A stretch of 64,000 nt of DNA from Candidatus Methylomirabilia bacterium (GCA_041492755.1 JBGPXN010000002.1:22077-86076); one strand, 5' to 3'; counted from the first letter of the stretch, positions 9,601-18,923 are shown. Notes: generated by a model from the letters alone, not told the origin. Made by a program: numbers and translations.

Positions 9601-10070
9601 ACCCGTTCTACCGCGTGGCCCGCTGCATGCTGCGGGTGAAGTACAACCACGCGTATCCGTACAACTGCGTGATGATGAAGCACGCGCCGTTCATCGCGAC
9701 CGAGCGGAGCGTCAAAGCCCACGAGACGCGGCCCGACGGCCGCGCGCTGTCCGAGAATACCGGCTATCAGGCGAACCTGCGCTACGGCTCGCAGCAGTCG
9801 GTCACCCGCAACTGGCACATGCCGATGCACCAGACCGACACCCTCTTCCACAAGTCCAAGGCCTTCATGAGCTTCCTCTTCGGGGGCGAGGCGGACAACC
9901 ACGCGGTGAACACGGTCCCGAAGGAGACGCTCGTGAAGGTCACCAAGGCCGAGGATGGCGGTCTCGGCGGCAAGGGTATCTGGGCGCCGGCGACCACGGG
10001 CTTCACCCCGGACAACGAGAACGACTTCATGAAGCGCTACATCGCCGGCGACCTCTACCGGAAGGCCTAG
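6624..10070 (+). CDS. nxrA: Periplasmic nitrite oxidoreductase/nitrate reductase alpha subunit (DMSO reductase type II, Nitrospira/anammox type)
   Basis: Tat signal RREFL; WEKVYRDQY.YD..F.WVCSPNDTHACRVRAFVRNG; NPRQCAKG; NYTWHGDQAPGHP; TPKTRHRVHS. 1148 aa; GGAGGAG RBS. Confidence 0.9.
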   Translation: MSGMERREFLRWLGIGAGTAAATELSLPLKLLAAADPDENPLAGSVARDWEKVYRDQYTYDRSFDWVCSPNDTHACRVRAFVRNGIVTRLGNTYDYQTYADLDGNHATANWNPRQCAKGYTFHRVLYGPYRLKHPIVRKGWKAWADAGFPELTDELRSKYMFDSRGQDEFVQISWEDAFTSIARALVAIAERYSGEAGKARLLAQGYQPEMVEAMGGAGTRTLKMRGGMGLLGVIGKYGMYRLNNSLALLDAQIRRVGPKDAKAGRNWSNYTWHGDQAPGHPWVHGLQASDCDFNDLRFSKLIIMDGKNLVENKLTDSHWFIETMERGAKIVVIAPEYGPPSTKADYWIPIRPQTDAALWLGVTRLMIDNGWYDEPFVTAFTDFPLLVRTDTLKRLRAHELFPGYVTTLAPDGPSMKIQGLTADQHARLGDYVIWDEQAQTPRALTRDDVGASMRSKGLQPALEGTWKVKLVDGKEVEVATLWTLYRTHLKDYDLDTVAEITHAPRDLIRQLAQDIGAMKPVSIHQGEGINHWFHATEMNRAAYLPLMLTGNIGKPGAGCHTWAGNYKAALFQGSAETGPGFKGWVAEDPFHPNLDPAAHGRAVETHAYTKDEEPAYWNHGDLALIVNTPKFGRRNFTGDTHMPTPSKAIIFSNVNLINNAKWAYGIIKNVNPKVEMICAIDLQMTASIEYADIALPANSWLEFEDLEITASCSNPFLQIWKGGIPPVFDSRDDLMILAGIAQALAEVTGDRRFADYFKFALEGKRAVYIQRLLDTCTTTAGYRLDDVMAGKYGPPGGALMLFRTYPRIPFWEQVHDSLPFHTDTGRLHAYADVQEAIDYGENFIVHREGPEATPYLPNVIVSSNPWIRAEDYGIPLGAEHWDERTIRNVKLPWSQVKGTKNFLWEKGFRFYCLTPKTRHRVHSSWSNVDWHMLYDSNFGDPYRLDKRAPSVGEHQLHMNPQAARDLGVNDGDYVYVDANPADRPYLGARPDDPFYRVARCMLRVKYNHAYPYNCVMMKHAPFIATERSVKAHETRPDGRALSENTGYQANLRYGSQQSVTRNWHMPMHQTDTLFHKSKAFMSFLFGGEADNHAVNTVPKETLVKVTKAEDGGLGGKGIWAPATTGFTPDNENDFMKRYIAGDLYRKA

Positions 10071-10074
10071 CGCG

Positions 10075-10347
10075 ATGCCGTACGCCGATCCGGATCCGAC
10101 CGATCCCACCGAGCTGGTGGGCGTGGAGCTGCCGGCGCACGCGGAGGCGACGCGGGACATGGCCTGGGTCTTCGCCGAGGAGTTCGCGCGCATGGGCTTC
10201 GATGGGCGCCGGATCCTCGGGCTCTTCCGCTCGCCGTTCTACGCCGGGGCCCACCAGGCCCTGCGCGCGCTCGGCGAAGCCGAGGTCCTGGCCATCATCG
10301 AGGAGTGCGTCGGCGTCTTCGGCCGCCACGGGGAGACTCGCCTATGA
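10075..10347 (+). CDS. Small hypothetical protein within the nxr-like operon
   Basis: 90-aa ORF filling the alpha-beta gap; its stop overlaps the beta start (ATGA). Confidence 0.7.
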   Translation: MPYADPDPTDPTELVGVELPAHAEATRDMAWVFAEEFARMGFDGRRILGLFRSPFYAGAHQALRALGEAEVLAIIEECVGVFGRHGETRL

Positions 10348-11609
10348 CCGCCGTCCACAACTGGCAACTCGGTCGTGAGATCGCCTACCCGTACGAGGCC
10401 GCGTATCCCGAGCGGCAATTCGCGTTCGTCTTCAACATCAACCGCTGCATCGCCTGCCAGAGCTGCACGATGGCTTGCAAGTCCACCTGGACCTTCTCGA
10501 AGGGCCAGGAGCACATGTGGTGGGCCAACGTCGAGACCAAGCCGTACGGCGGCTACCCGATGTTCTGGGACATGAAGATCCTCCAGCTGCTCGACCGCGC
10601 GAACCCGGACGGCGTGAAGTGGACGGGCGCGCCGTCGGCCGACCGCCGGAGCCCCTACGGGACGTTCGAGGGCCGCACGGTCTTCGAGGCGCAGCGGATG
10701 CTGACGCCCGACAGCGCGCGCGTCCTCGGGTATCTCCCGACCGACGAGGAATGGAACTCGCCCAACATCTACGAGGACAACCCGGTCGGTGAGCGCGGCA
10801 AGCCCGGCGAGTTCCACCGGACCGGCGCGGTGCTGCCCGAGCACAAGACGTGGTTCTTCTACCTCGCGAGGATCTGCAACCATTGCCAGTACCCGGCGTG
10901 CCTGGCCGCCTGCCCGCGCAAGGCGATCTACAAGCGGCCCGAGGACGGCATCGTCCTCATCGACCAGGCGGAGTGCCGCGGCTACCGGAAATGCGTCGAG
11001 GCCTGCCCGTACAAGAAGTCCATGTACCGGGGCAACACGCGCGTGTCCGAGAAGTGCATCGCGTGCTACCCGCGCGTCGAGGGCAAGGACCCCGAGGCGG
11101 GCGGCGTCCCGCTCGAGACGCGCTGCATGGCGGCCTGCATCGGCCACATCCGCATGCAGGGTCTCGTGAAGCTCGACCGTGACGGCACGTGGGCGGAGGA
11201 CCGCCAGCATCCGCTCTACTACCTCGTCCACGTCGCGAAGGTGGCGCTGCCGCTCTATCCGCAGTTCGGCACCGAGCCCAACGGCTACTACATCCCGCCG
11301 CGCTGGGTGCCGCGCCCCTATCTCCGCCAGATGTTCGGCCCGGGCGTGGACCAGGCGATCGAGCGCTACGAGAACCCCGACCGCGAGCTCACGGCCGTGC
11401 TCCAGCTCTTCCGCCGGTCGAACAAGATGATCTTTGGCTACAAGGTCGTGGACGGGCCCAAGATTTACGAGGGAACGCTCCGCGGGCGCACGGTCACGCT
11501 CTACAACGACACGGTGATCGCGTACGGGAAAGACGGCAAGGAGCTCTTCCGGACGACGGTCGAGGAGCCGATCTATGTCCGCGCCGCCAAGCACGCCAAC
11601 TCGATCTGA
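10344..11609 (+). CDS. nxrB: Nitrite oxidoreductase/nitrate reductase beta (Fe-S) subunit
   Basis: V.NWQLGR...YPYE; FNINRCIACQSCTMACK; RICNHCQYPACLAACP; CRGYRKCVEACPYKK; KCIACYPR. Confidence 0.92.
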   Translation: MTAVHNWQLGREIAYPYEAAYPERQFAFVFNINRCIACQSCTMACKSTWTFSKGQEHMWWANVETKPYGGYPMFWDMKILQLLDRANPDGVKWTGAPSADRRSPYGTFEGRTVFEAQRMLTPDSARVLGYLPTDEEWNSPNIYEDNPVGERGKPGEFHRTGAVLPEHKTWFFYLARICNHCQYPACLAACPRKAIYKRPEDGIVLIDQAECRGYRKCVEACPYKKSMYRGNTRVSEKCIACYPRVEGKDPEAGGVPLETRCMAACIGHIRMQGLVKLDRDGTWAEDRQHPLYYLVHVAKVALPLYPQFGTEPNGYYIPPRWVPRPYLRQMFGPGVDQAIERYENPDRELTAVLQLFRRSNKMIFGYKVVDGPKIYEGTLRGRTVTLYNDTVIAYGKDGKELFRTTVEEPIYVRAAKHANSI

Positions 11610-12345
11610 ACCGCCGCCGGCCGGGACCGAGCTGGCACTCTGCCGGAGCGGACTCTGGGAGGCGCTGGCGCTCGGCTTCCGTCCACCGACCTCGGAGACG
11701 GTGATCCGGCTCGCCTCTTCCGAGGGCACCCGCGCCCTGGCCGCCCTCGCCGTGACCCTCGACGCCGCCGACGGCAGCGCGCTCGGGCCGCACGCCGCGG
11801 CGCTGCCGCGTCGATCCTTGTCGGCGCTCGATCTGGGCTACGGGCGCCTCTTCGGCCACACTGCGCGGGGCGCGGTGTCGGCCTACGAGACCGAGCATGG
11901 CGAGGACTCGATCTGGGAGCCGCAGCGCGAGATGAGTGACCTCGGCGCGTTCTACCGCGCGTTTGGCCTCCGCGTCGATCCGCGGGGGCACGAGCGCCCG
12001 GACCACATCGCCTGCGAGTGTGAGTTCCTGCTTGTCCTCGCGCGCCGGGACGCGCGGGCCCGGGCGCTCGGTGATGCGCCCGCGCAGGAGGCGACGTGTC
12101 GCGCGGTGCGTCTGTTTCTCCGCGACCACCTCGGACGCTGGGCGCCCGCGCTCGGCGCCCGGCTCACCCGGCTCGACCCGGAGGGCTTCTATGGCGCCCT
12201 GGGTCGACTCCTCGCGGCGTTTGTCGTCGCCGAGTGCCGGCGCGCGGGCGTCGGCGTCGGGCCCGAGTTCCTGCGCCTGCGCTCGGCCGAGCCCGACGCG
12301 ACGCCGATGGCGTGCGGGCCACTCGCCGCCGCGCCGGAGACGTGA
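11575..12345 (+). CDS. TorD/DmsD-family molybdoenzyme chaperone
   Basis: YETEH...DLGAFYRAFGL...ERPDHIACECEFL...FLRDHLGRW. Confidence 0.85.
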   Translation: MSAPPSTPTRSEPPPAGTELALCRSGLWEALALGFRPPTSETVIRLASSEGTRALAALAVTLDAADGSALGPHAAALPRRSLSALDLGYGRLFGHTARGAVSAYETEHGEDSIWEPQREMSDLGAFYRAFGLRVDPRGHERPDHIACECEFLLVLARRDARARALGDAPAQEATCRAVRLFLRDHLGRWAPALGARLTRLDPEGFYGALGRLLAAFVVAECRRAGVGVGPEFLRLRSAEPDATPMACGPLAAAPET

Positions 12346-12347
12346 GC

Positions 12348-13235
12348 ATGGCGCGCCTCGAGCTCGAGTGGGATCCGGCGCTCGTGGAGGGCGCCGTCCT
12401 CGCCGCGATCAGCGGGCCGACCGAGACGCGGCGGTTCCACGCGGAGCGCGATGGGCTCTACCGGATCGCCGAGCCTGAGCCCCGCGAGGCGGCGTTCGCG
12501 GCGCTGCACGCGCGCTGGTTCGTGCGTCTCGGTCTCGGCCGGCCTTTCAGTCTGGCGCTTGCGGAGCGGCCGGAGATCGCCGAGCGCTGCGGGCGCTGGC
12601 TCGTCGCGCGCGCCCGCGCCCGGCGCGACGAAGCGGCCGATCTCCTCGTGGCCTCGGGCGTCCTTCCCACGCTGCTGGTCCGGGTCACCGCGGAGACGGT
12701 CGCGACGGCCGGGCGACTGCAGATCCTGCTCCGCCACGAGCTGCTCTGCGTGTCCGACATGCTCGACCCGCGCTTCGCCTACGCGCCGTCCCTGCGGGAG
12801 GACGCGGCCGGTGGCGCCCGCGAGCGAGTCGTGCGCGACAACTACCGTGTCCTGTGGAGCGTATTCGTGGACGGCCGGCTCCTCCGCGCGGGCCTGGCCC
12901 CGGGCGCCGTTCGCCGCGAACGCCTGCGTGAGTTCCTCGCCGCTTTTCCGCACCTGGGCGATCGCGGCGAGGCGGCCTTCGAGCGCTTCTTCGACGGGCG
13001 GGGGCTGACCCACGCCGCTCTCCTCGCCGCGGCGGCCGGGGGCCCGGACGGCACGCCGTCGCCCCGCTGCCGGCTCTGCGATCTGCCCACACCCGAGATC
13101 GAGGCCGCCGCGGAGGCGCTGCCGCACGACGTGCTGGCCGCGATCGTGCGCGACTTCCCGTCGTGGCGTCCGGCGGACGGGGTGTGTGGTCGCTGTGCGG
13201 AGCTCTACGCGTCACGCGTGGCGATGCGCGCCTGA
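12348..13235 (+). CDS. Hypothetical protein with a C-terminal CxxC...CxxC motif, last gene of the nxr-like operon
   Basis: Starts 2 nt after the chaperone stop; RHELLCVSDMLDP; CRLC and CGRC. Confidence 0.7.
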   Translation: MARLELEWDPALVEGAVLAAISGPTETRRFHAERDGLYRIAEPEPREAAFAALHARWFVRLGLGRPFSLALAERPEIAERCGRWLVARARARRDEAADLLVASGVLPTLLVRVTAETVATAGRLQILLRHELLCVSDMLDPRFAYAPSLREDAAGGARERVVRDNYRVLWSVFVDGRLLRAGLAPGAVRRERLREFLAAFPHLGDRGEAAFERFFDGRGLTHAALLAAAAGGPDGTPSPRCRLCDLPTPEIEAAAEALPHDVLAAIVRDFPSWRPADGVCGRCAELYASRVAMRA

Positions 13236-13262
13236 CCCCGCGCCCGATCGCGCGGCTTCTCG

Positions 13263-14177
13263 TCAGGTCGCGGAGGTCTCGCCGTGCTGGACGAGCATCA
13301 CCGGGACGCGCGTGGCTCGCTCCACGCGCTCGGCGACGCTGCCCTTGACGATGCGTTCGAGGCCGCTCCGGCGATGGCTGGCCATCGCGATCATGGCGGG
13401 GCCCGTGGCCGCGGCTTCCTTGACGATCTCGTCGGCCGGTTCGCCGAAGCGAACGGCCAGGTCGACCTCGACCCCGTACAGGCGCTCGCCGACGCGCCGC
13501 AGGTAGGCGAGCATCTCGGCCTCGACCCGGGCCGTCTCCTGATCCGCGTAGGCGATCACGCGGTCGTCGTTCGCGCGCACCTCCCCGGGCGGCTGCGCGA
13601 CGAACAGCAGGCGAACGCGTGCGCCCTCGGCCCGCGCCAGCTCGCCGACAGCCGGGAGCACCGCTTCACTGCCGGCGGCCCCGTCGAGCGGGACCAGGAT
13701 CGTCGGCGGAGCGGCCTCGCGCCGGTCGGCGCCGGCCACGTCCAGGCCCGGGATTCCGAGAACCGAGGCGAACGCCCGGAGCACGTCGATCTCGGTGATG
13801 ATGCCGACGAGCCGCCCGTGCTCAACCACCGGCAGGGCCCCGATCTTCTGCTCCAGCATCTGGCGTACCGCCTCGGCGAGCGGCGCCTCGGGCTCGACGA
13901 TCAGCACACGGCGGGTCATCACCTCGCCCACGGTCAGCCGCTCGAGCAGGAAGCGGATCTCGCCGACCGAGAACGACGTCGCCGGCGACGGCAGCACCGT
14001 CCGGAGATCTCGATCGGTGATGATTCCCACCAGGCGCCCATCGTCCATCACCGGGAGATGGCGCAGGCGCCGGAGACTCATCATCTCGTGCAGACCGGCG
14101 ACCGGAGTGGTCGGAGTGACGGTGATGGGCGAGGGCGTCATCCATTCCCTGATACGCATGGCGATGATCGTCGGCAT
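13263..14177 (-). CDS. CBS-pair plus universal stress protein fusion
   Basis: RHLPV..GRLVGIITDRD and GALPV..GRLVGIITEID, then ILVPLDG...MASHRRSGLERIVKGSVAERV; GAGGAG RBS. Confidence 0.85.
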   Translation of the reverse strand: MPTIIAMRIREWMTPSPITVTPTTPVAGLHEMMSLRRLRHLPVMDDGRLVGIITDRDLRTVLPSPATSFSVGEIRFLLERLTVGEVMTRRVLIVEPEAPLAEAVRQMLEQKIGALPVVEHGRLVGIITEIDVLRAFASVLGIPGLDVAGADRREAAPPTILVPLDGAAGSEAVLPAVGELARAEGARVRLLFVAQPPGEVRANDDRVIAYADQETARVEAEMLAYLRRVGERLYGVEVDLAVRFGEPADEIVKEAAATGPAMIAMASHRRSGLERIVKGSVAERVERATRVPVMLVQHGETSAT

Positions 14178-14224
14178 CGGGCTCCTCCTCGCGCCACATC
14201 CTGCGCGAGCCGGGTGGTGCGCGG

Positions 14225-14242
14225 ATATGACGGCGATCATAC
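14225..14242. promoter_or_regulatory. CRP/FNR-family-like operator upstream of the CBS-USP gene
   Basis: ATATGAC-GGCG-ATCATAC, ~50 bp upstream of the minus-strand start at 14177; matches the 4827 site. Confidence 0.5.
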
Positions 14243-15361
14243 ATCCTCGAGGAGCAGGAGGGACGGCAAGCTCACCGCGCCTTCGCCGATCGACGCGGCG
14301 ACCGCGGGGTGCACGATCTTCCCGCGCCACACGTTGACGCCGGCGGCCAGGGCGGCGTCGCGTCGGACGGCCTCGACCAGCCCGTGGTCGGCGATCGCCA
14401 TGACGTAGGGCGCCGTCGCGTTCGTCAGCGCGAAGGTCGACGTGCGCGGCACCAGCGCCGGCATGTTCGCGACGCCGTAGTGCACGACGCCGCCGACCCG
14501 GTACACCGGCTCCATCAGCGTGGTCGGGTGGATCGTCTCCACGCATCCTCCCTGATCCACCGCGACGTCCACGATGACCGCGCCTTCTTTCATCTGCCGC
14601 ACCATGGCTTCGGTCACCAGCACTGGCGCCCGCGCGCCCGTGACCAGCACGGCGCCGATCAGCAGATCGGCGCGCTGGATGACGCGCTCGAGGTTGTACC
14701 GGCTCGAGTACAGCGTCACGATCTGGCCGCGGAAGAGGTCGTCGCAGTCGCGAAGCCGGTCGAGACGCAGATCGACGATCGACACGTCCGCGCCGAGGCC
14801 GACCGCCGTCTTCGCGGCGTTCACGCCCACGGTGCCCGCGCCCAGGATCACGACGTTGCCGCGGGGCACGCCGGGGACGCCCGAGAGCAGGATGCCGCGG
14901 CCGCCGTGGGCGCGCCCGAGGTAGAACGCGCCCTCCTGCACGGCCAGCCGCCCGGCCACTTCGCTCATCGGCGTGAGCAGCGGAAGGCTGCCGTCCGGCA
15001 GCTGCACGGTCTCGTACGCGATCGCGATCACGTCGGCCTTCTGCAGGGCCCGGGTGAGCTGGGGGTCCGGCGCGAGGTGCAGGTACGTGAAGAGCACCTG
15101 GCCCGAGCGCATCCGCGGCCATTCCGCCGGCAGCGGCTCTTTCACCTTGAGCACGAGATCGGCTTGCGCCCAGACCGCGTCGATGCTCGCCAGGGTGGCG
15201 CCGACGTGCGTGTACTCGTCGTCGCGGATCGCGCTGCCTTCGCCCGCGCTGCGCTCGACGACGACCCGGTGGCCGTGCTCGATCAGCTCGGCGGCGCCGC
15301 TCGGAGCGAGCGCAATCCGCTGCTCGCCCGGCTTGATCTCCCGCGGGACTCCGACGACCAT
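14237..15361 (-). CDS. ald: Alanine dehydrogenase
   Basis: [56 protein letters not shown]. Confidence 0.95.
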   Translation of the reverse strand: MVVGVPREIKPGEQRIALAPSGAAELIEHGHRVVVERSAGEGSAIRDDEYTHVGATLASIDAVWAQADLVLKVKEPLPAEWPRMRSGQVLFTYLHLAPDPQLTRALQKADVIAIAYETVQLPDGSLPLLTPMSEVAGRLAVQEGAFYLGRAHGGRGILLSGVPGVPRGNVVILGAGTVGVNAAKTAVGLGADVSIVDLRLDRLRDCDDLFRGQIVTLYSSRYNLERVIQRADLLIGAVLVTGARAPVLVTEAMVRQMKEGAVIVDVAVDQGGCVETIHPTTLMEPVYRVGGVVHYGVANMPALVPRTSTFALTNATAPYVMAIADHGLVEAVRRDAALAAGVNVWRGKIVHPAVAASIGEGAVSLPSLLLLEDV

Positions 15362-15378
15362 CGTTCGCGCGCCTCGGG

Positions 15379-15834
15379 TCAGCGCCCGGCCCGACCGCGT
15401 ACGGTCAGGACGGGGCAGGGCGCCGTGCCCACCACGCGTTCCGCCACGCTCCCCAGGAACACTCGGGCCAGACCCGTCCGGCCGTGCGTGCCCATGACGA
15501 TCACGTCGGCACGCTGGGACTTGGCGGCCCTGGCGATCTGGGTCGCCGCGACGCCCTCGAGCAGCAGGCCGCGCGCGCGAGTCCCGGCTTTGCGCGCGCG
15601 GGCCACGGCCGCGTCGAGCTGCGTCTGGCCCTGCGCACGTGCCGCCCGCTGCACTTCGTCGAACGCCGCCGGCGAGACGTAGCCTTCGCCGATCATCGGT
15701 ACGACGACGGCCAGCGCGTGCACGATCAGGAGCTCGGCCTTGTCTCGGCGTGCCACTTCGATCGCGCAGTCGAATGCCCGGCGGCTCGCCGGCGAGAAGT
15801 CGGTCGGATGCAGAACGCGCCGGATCTTCATCAT
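15379..15834 (-). CDS. Universal stress protein
   Basis: VLHPTDFS...IVMGTHGRTGLARVFLGSVAERVV..APCPVLTV. Confidence 0.92.
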   Translation of the reverse strand: MMKIRRVLHPTDFSPASRRAFDCAIEVARRDKAELLIVHALAVVVPMIGEGYVSPAAFDEVQRAARAQGQTQLDAAVARARKAGTRARGLLLEGVAATQIARAAKSQRADVIVMGTHGRTGLARVFLGSVAERVVGTAPCPVLTVRGRAGR

Positions 15835-15890
15835 CGTTGGCCTCCTTCAGCCCTGGCGTTGGCTACGAGTTAACATCGCGTCGCCACGTC

Positions 15891-17038
15891 ATGTCCAGAC
15901 TGCTCCCTATCGTGGTCGCCCTCGTCATCGTCCACGGGCTCGTGCTGGCGTCGCTCCGCCCGTACGGCGGCAATCTCTCGGCGATGATGCGCATCGGCGA
16001 GAGCGAGGAGCGCGAGCAGGTCGTGCGCGAGTACTTCCAGCCGGGATTCGTGATCTTCACCGGCGAGGGTGGGTACGACGGTCAGGCCTACTACTACGTC
16101 GCGATGGACCCGCTCGCGACGAAGGGGCTGTATCGCAATCCCTATCGGTACCAGCGCATCCTCTATCCGCTCGTGGCCCGGGGGTTGGCCCTGGGCCAGC
16201 CGCGGCTGCTGCCGCTCACGCTGTACCTCGCCAACCTCCTGGCCCTCGCGGCCGGCATGGCCGTGATGATCACGTTACTCCGCGGCCAGGGACGGTCGCC
16301 GTGGTGGAGCCTGTTCGCCGGCCTCTGCCCGGCCGCGATCATGACGATCCAGTACGATTTGCCCTCGCCGCTGGCGATCGCGTTGCTGCTCGGCGCGGTC
16401 GCCGCCTACGGGCGCGACAGAGTCGTCGTCGCGAGCGGGCTCATCGCGCTCGCGTTTCTCACGCGCGAGGACGCCGTGATGGTGCTGGTGCCGCTGCTGG
16501 CGTGGGAGGTGTGGGCGCACCGCTCGCGGCGTCGGGCGGCGATGCTCGCGGCGTCGGTGACGCCGTTCGTGGCGTGGCAGGCGTTCGTGACGTCCCGCCG
16601 GGGGGCGTGCCCGCCGCCGAGTCATTGGCCGTTATCCAGCCGGTCCCGTTCGCGGGTCTCGCCGGCTACTTCGCGAGCCTGCGCGGCAACGCGGGCGCGA
16701 CGGCGTGGCTCAAGCACGCGGCGGTGCTTGCCGTCGCGTGCTTCCTGCTCGCCGTGGGCGTGATCGTCCTGCGCCGGCTTCGTCGCGCGCCGCACCTCTA
16801 CTACGTCCTGGCGGCCGCGTACCCGCTGCTCGCGGTCTTCACGGTGCCGTCGCAGTGGGACAACTACAACGGCCTGCTGCGCCTGTTCTACGGGCTCTTC
16901 CCGTTCCTGACCCTCGCCTACGGGGTCGAGCGCGCGCGCTCGGTACAGTACGCCGTGTTCGCCATCGCGGTGTTGAGTATGCTCGCCGCCCTGCGTGTGC
17001 TGCTCGTCAGTCCGGTCTACCCGTTCAGGATCGCCTGA
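15891..17038 (+). pseudogene. Polytopic membrane protein (GT-C-like glycopolymer enzyme), frameshifted near 16600
   Basis: GYDGQAYYYVAMDP...YRYQRILYPL in one frame. The hydrophobic C-terminal half continues in another frame after the G-run at ~16600, which may be a sequencing error. Confidence 0.65.
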
Positions 17039-17069
17039 GCGCTTCGAGTCGGACGGTGGCACTCGTGGC

Positions 17070-18362
17070 TCAGGCGGCGCCGTCCCGGCCGACGCCATCC
17101 CGCGCCGCGCCGTCGCGCGCCACGCCGTCGCCCGCCACGACGTCGCGGGGGGCGGCGTTGCGGGCCGCGCCGTCGGGTATCGAGCGCTCGGCGGAATCTT
17201 GGTCGCGATCCAGGCCGTACTCTTCGATCTTCGAGAGCAGCGATTTGTAGCTGATTTCCAGGATTCGCGCGGCCCGCGTGCGGTTCCAACGGACGCGGCC
17301 CAGTACCTCGTGGATGACGGCGCGTTCGGCCGCGCGCGCGGCCTGGCGCGCCACCTGCTTGAGCCCGCCCGGCACGTCGATGATGAGTCCGAGGTCGTCG
17401 GACGAGGTCTTCGCGGGCCGCTCGGTCCGGATTCGCGTGAGCAGCTCCGTGTGCACGGCGGCGGCTCCGTCGAGGACGACCATGCGCCGGACGACGTTCT
17501 CGAGCTCGCGCACGTTGCCGGGCCAGCCGTACGTGGCAAAGACCTCCAGCGTCTCGGGAGGGATCATGACCTTGCGGCCGTACTCCGCGTTGAAGCGCTC
17601 CAGGAAGTGCGCGGCCAGCACGGGGATCTCGTCGCGCCGCTCGCGGAGCGGCGGCACGTGGATCTCGATGACCTTGAGGCGGAAGTAGAGGTCCTCACGG
17701 AACTCGCCGTCGCGCATGGCGGATTCGAGATCGCGGTTCGTGGCGGCGATGAGGTGGACGTCGACTTCCACCGGTTGGTCGCCGCCCACGCGGCAGAACC
17801 GGCCGTCCTGCAACACGTGGAGCAGCTTGGCCTGGAGCGCGGGGGCCAGCTCGCCAATCTCGTCCAGGAGCAAGGTGCCCCGGTGGGCGACCTCGAACTT
17901 CCCCTGACGACGGCGATGGGCCCCGGTGAACGCCCCCTTCTCGTGGCCGAACAGCTCCGACTCCAGCAGCTCGGCCGGCAGCGCTGCGCAGTTGACCTTC
18001 ACGAACGGCTGACCCGCGCGCGGTGACGCGCGATGGATGGCGTGCGCGACGACTTCCTTGCCTACGCCGCTCTCGCCCCGGAGCAGGACGGTGGCGCTCG
18101 CGCGGGCGACCTTGCCGATCAGCTCGCGCAGGCCGCGGAGCGCGCGGCTCTCCCGCACCCAGGCGCCGTCGCCGACGACGGAGGCGAGCCAGACGGCGCC
18201 GACACTGGACCACGCGCCGAGCGACCGCCGGACGGCGCTGACGGCGGCGAGGGCTTGCGGATCGCCCACGACGTGCTCGATGACGCGCCTGGTGACGAAG
18301 ACCATCGGGATTGCGGCCGCGGCGAGGCCGCAGCGGAGCCACAAACGGGAACGCGTGTTCAT
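17070..18362 (-). CDS. Sigma-54-dependent enhancer-binding protein without a recognisable receiver domain
   Basis: [48 protein letters not shown] and a C-terminal HTH ([12 protein letters not shown]). Confidence 0.9.
   Translation of the reverse strand: MNTRSRLWLRCGLAAAAIPMVFVTRRVIEHVVGDPQALAAVSAVRRSLGAWSSVGAVWLASVVGDGAWVRESRALRGLRELIGKVARASATVLLRGESGVGKEVVAHAIHRASPRAGQPFVKVNCAALPAELLESELFGHEKGAFTGAHRRRQGKFEVAHRGTLLLDEIGELAPALQAKLLHVLQDGRFCRVGGDQPVEVDVHLIAATNRDLESAMRDGEFREDLYFRLKVIEIHVPPLRERRDEIPVLAAHFLERFNAEYGRKVMIPPETLEVFATYGWPGNVRELENVVRRMVVLDGAAAVHTELLTRIRTERPAKTSSDDLGLIIDVPGGLKQVARQAARAAERAVIHEVLGRVRWNRTRAARILEISYKSLLSKIEEYGLDRDQDSAERSIPDGAARNAAPRDVVAGDGVARDGAARDGVGRDGAA
17073..17175. 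repeat. Degenerate 15-bp tandem repeat encoding (D/N)xxxR-type pentapeptides
   Basis: The C-terminal tail reads [34 protein letters not shown]. Confidence 0.6.
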
Positions 18363-18524
18363 CCTTGGTTCACCCCCGTGTCGGTGAGACGGGTGCGGGC
18401 GCTGGTGGCATTCGAGTCGAGGAGTCGTGTGAGGAGAAATTGCATTGCAGGAATTGCCGTGACGGGCGATGACGCGAGCGATGGTTCCTGGACGGGGCCG
18501 ATCGCCGGGCGTACGCTGCCAAGC

Positions 18525-18923
18525 ATGAGGCGGATGCCACCGTCCATCGTCGGCGTCCTGCTCCTACTCGTTGTTTACGTGGTGATGGCCACCGCTCATC
18601 AGCAGCTCAAACCCCTCGTGACCGGCTGGGAACAGTTCTTCAAATTGGAATGGGAAGCCGCCGAGCGGAAGGGCAAACCGATCGTCCGCGGGTACATCAA
18701 GAACGAGTCGGGCATGACTGCTGCCAACGTCCGCCTTCTCGTCGACGGGCTGGATCCCTCCGGCCAGGTGGTCAGCCAGACGGTGGGCTGGCTCGGGACC
18801 GACCTCACCCCCGGCACGCGAGCGTACCTCGAAGTGCCGGTGGAGCGGCCCGCGCCGGCCTACCGGGTCAGCGTCTTTTCCTTCGACTTCGTCCAGCACG
18901 GCGGTCCGCGCCGCCGCTTTTGA
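18525..18923 (+). CDS. Small exported protein, FxLYD-like Ig fold
   Basis: N-terminal hydrophobic segment; [24 protein letters not shown]...L.PG.RAY.EV. Confidence 0.65.
   Translation: MRRMPPSIVGVLLLLVVYVVMATAHQQLKPLVTGWEQFFKLEWEAAERKGKPIVRGYIKNESGMTAANVRLLVDGLDPSGQVVSQTVGWLGTDLTPGTRAYLEVPVERPAPAYRVSVFSFDFVQHGGPRRRF

Noticed and set aside
6702..10193. 1163-aa antisense ORF over nxrA, and similar long antisense ORFs (51233-55837, 45489-47843, 21870-23732, 19109-20704)
   Set aside because: These are shadow frames of high-GC3 genes with no motifs, and they fully overlap well-supported CDSs.
6624..11609. Canonical cytoplasmic narGH
   Set aside because: The Tat signal, the CSPNDTHAC motif and the absence of narI point to the periplasmic NXR-type clade.
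13263..15122. 619-aa version of the CBS-USP ORF
   Set aside because: The upstream part is an alternative frame of ald; the real start is 14177.
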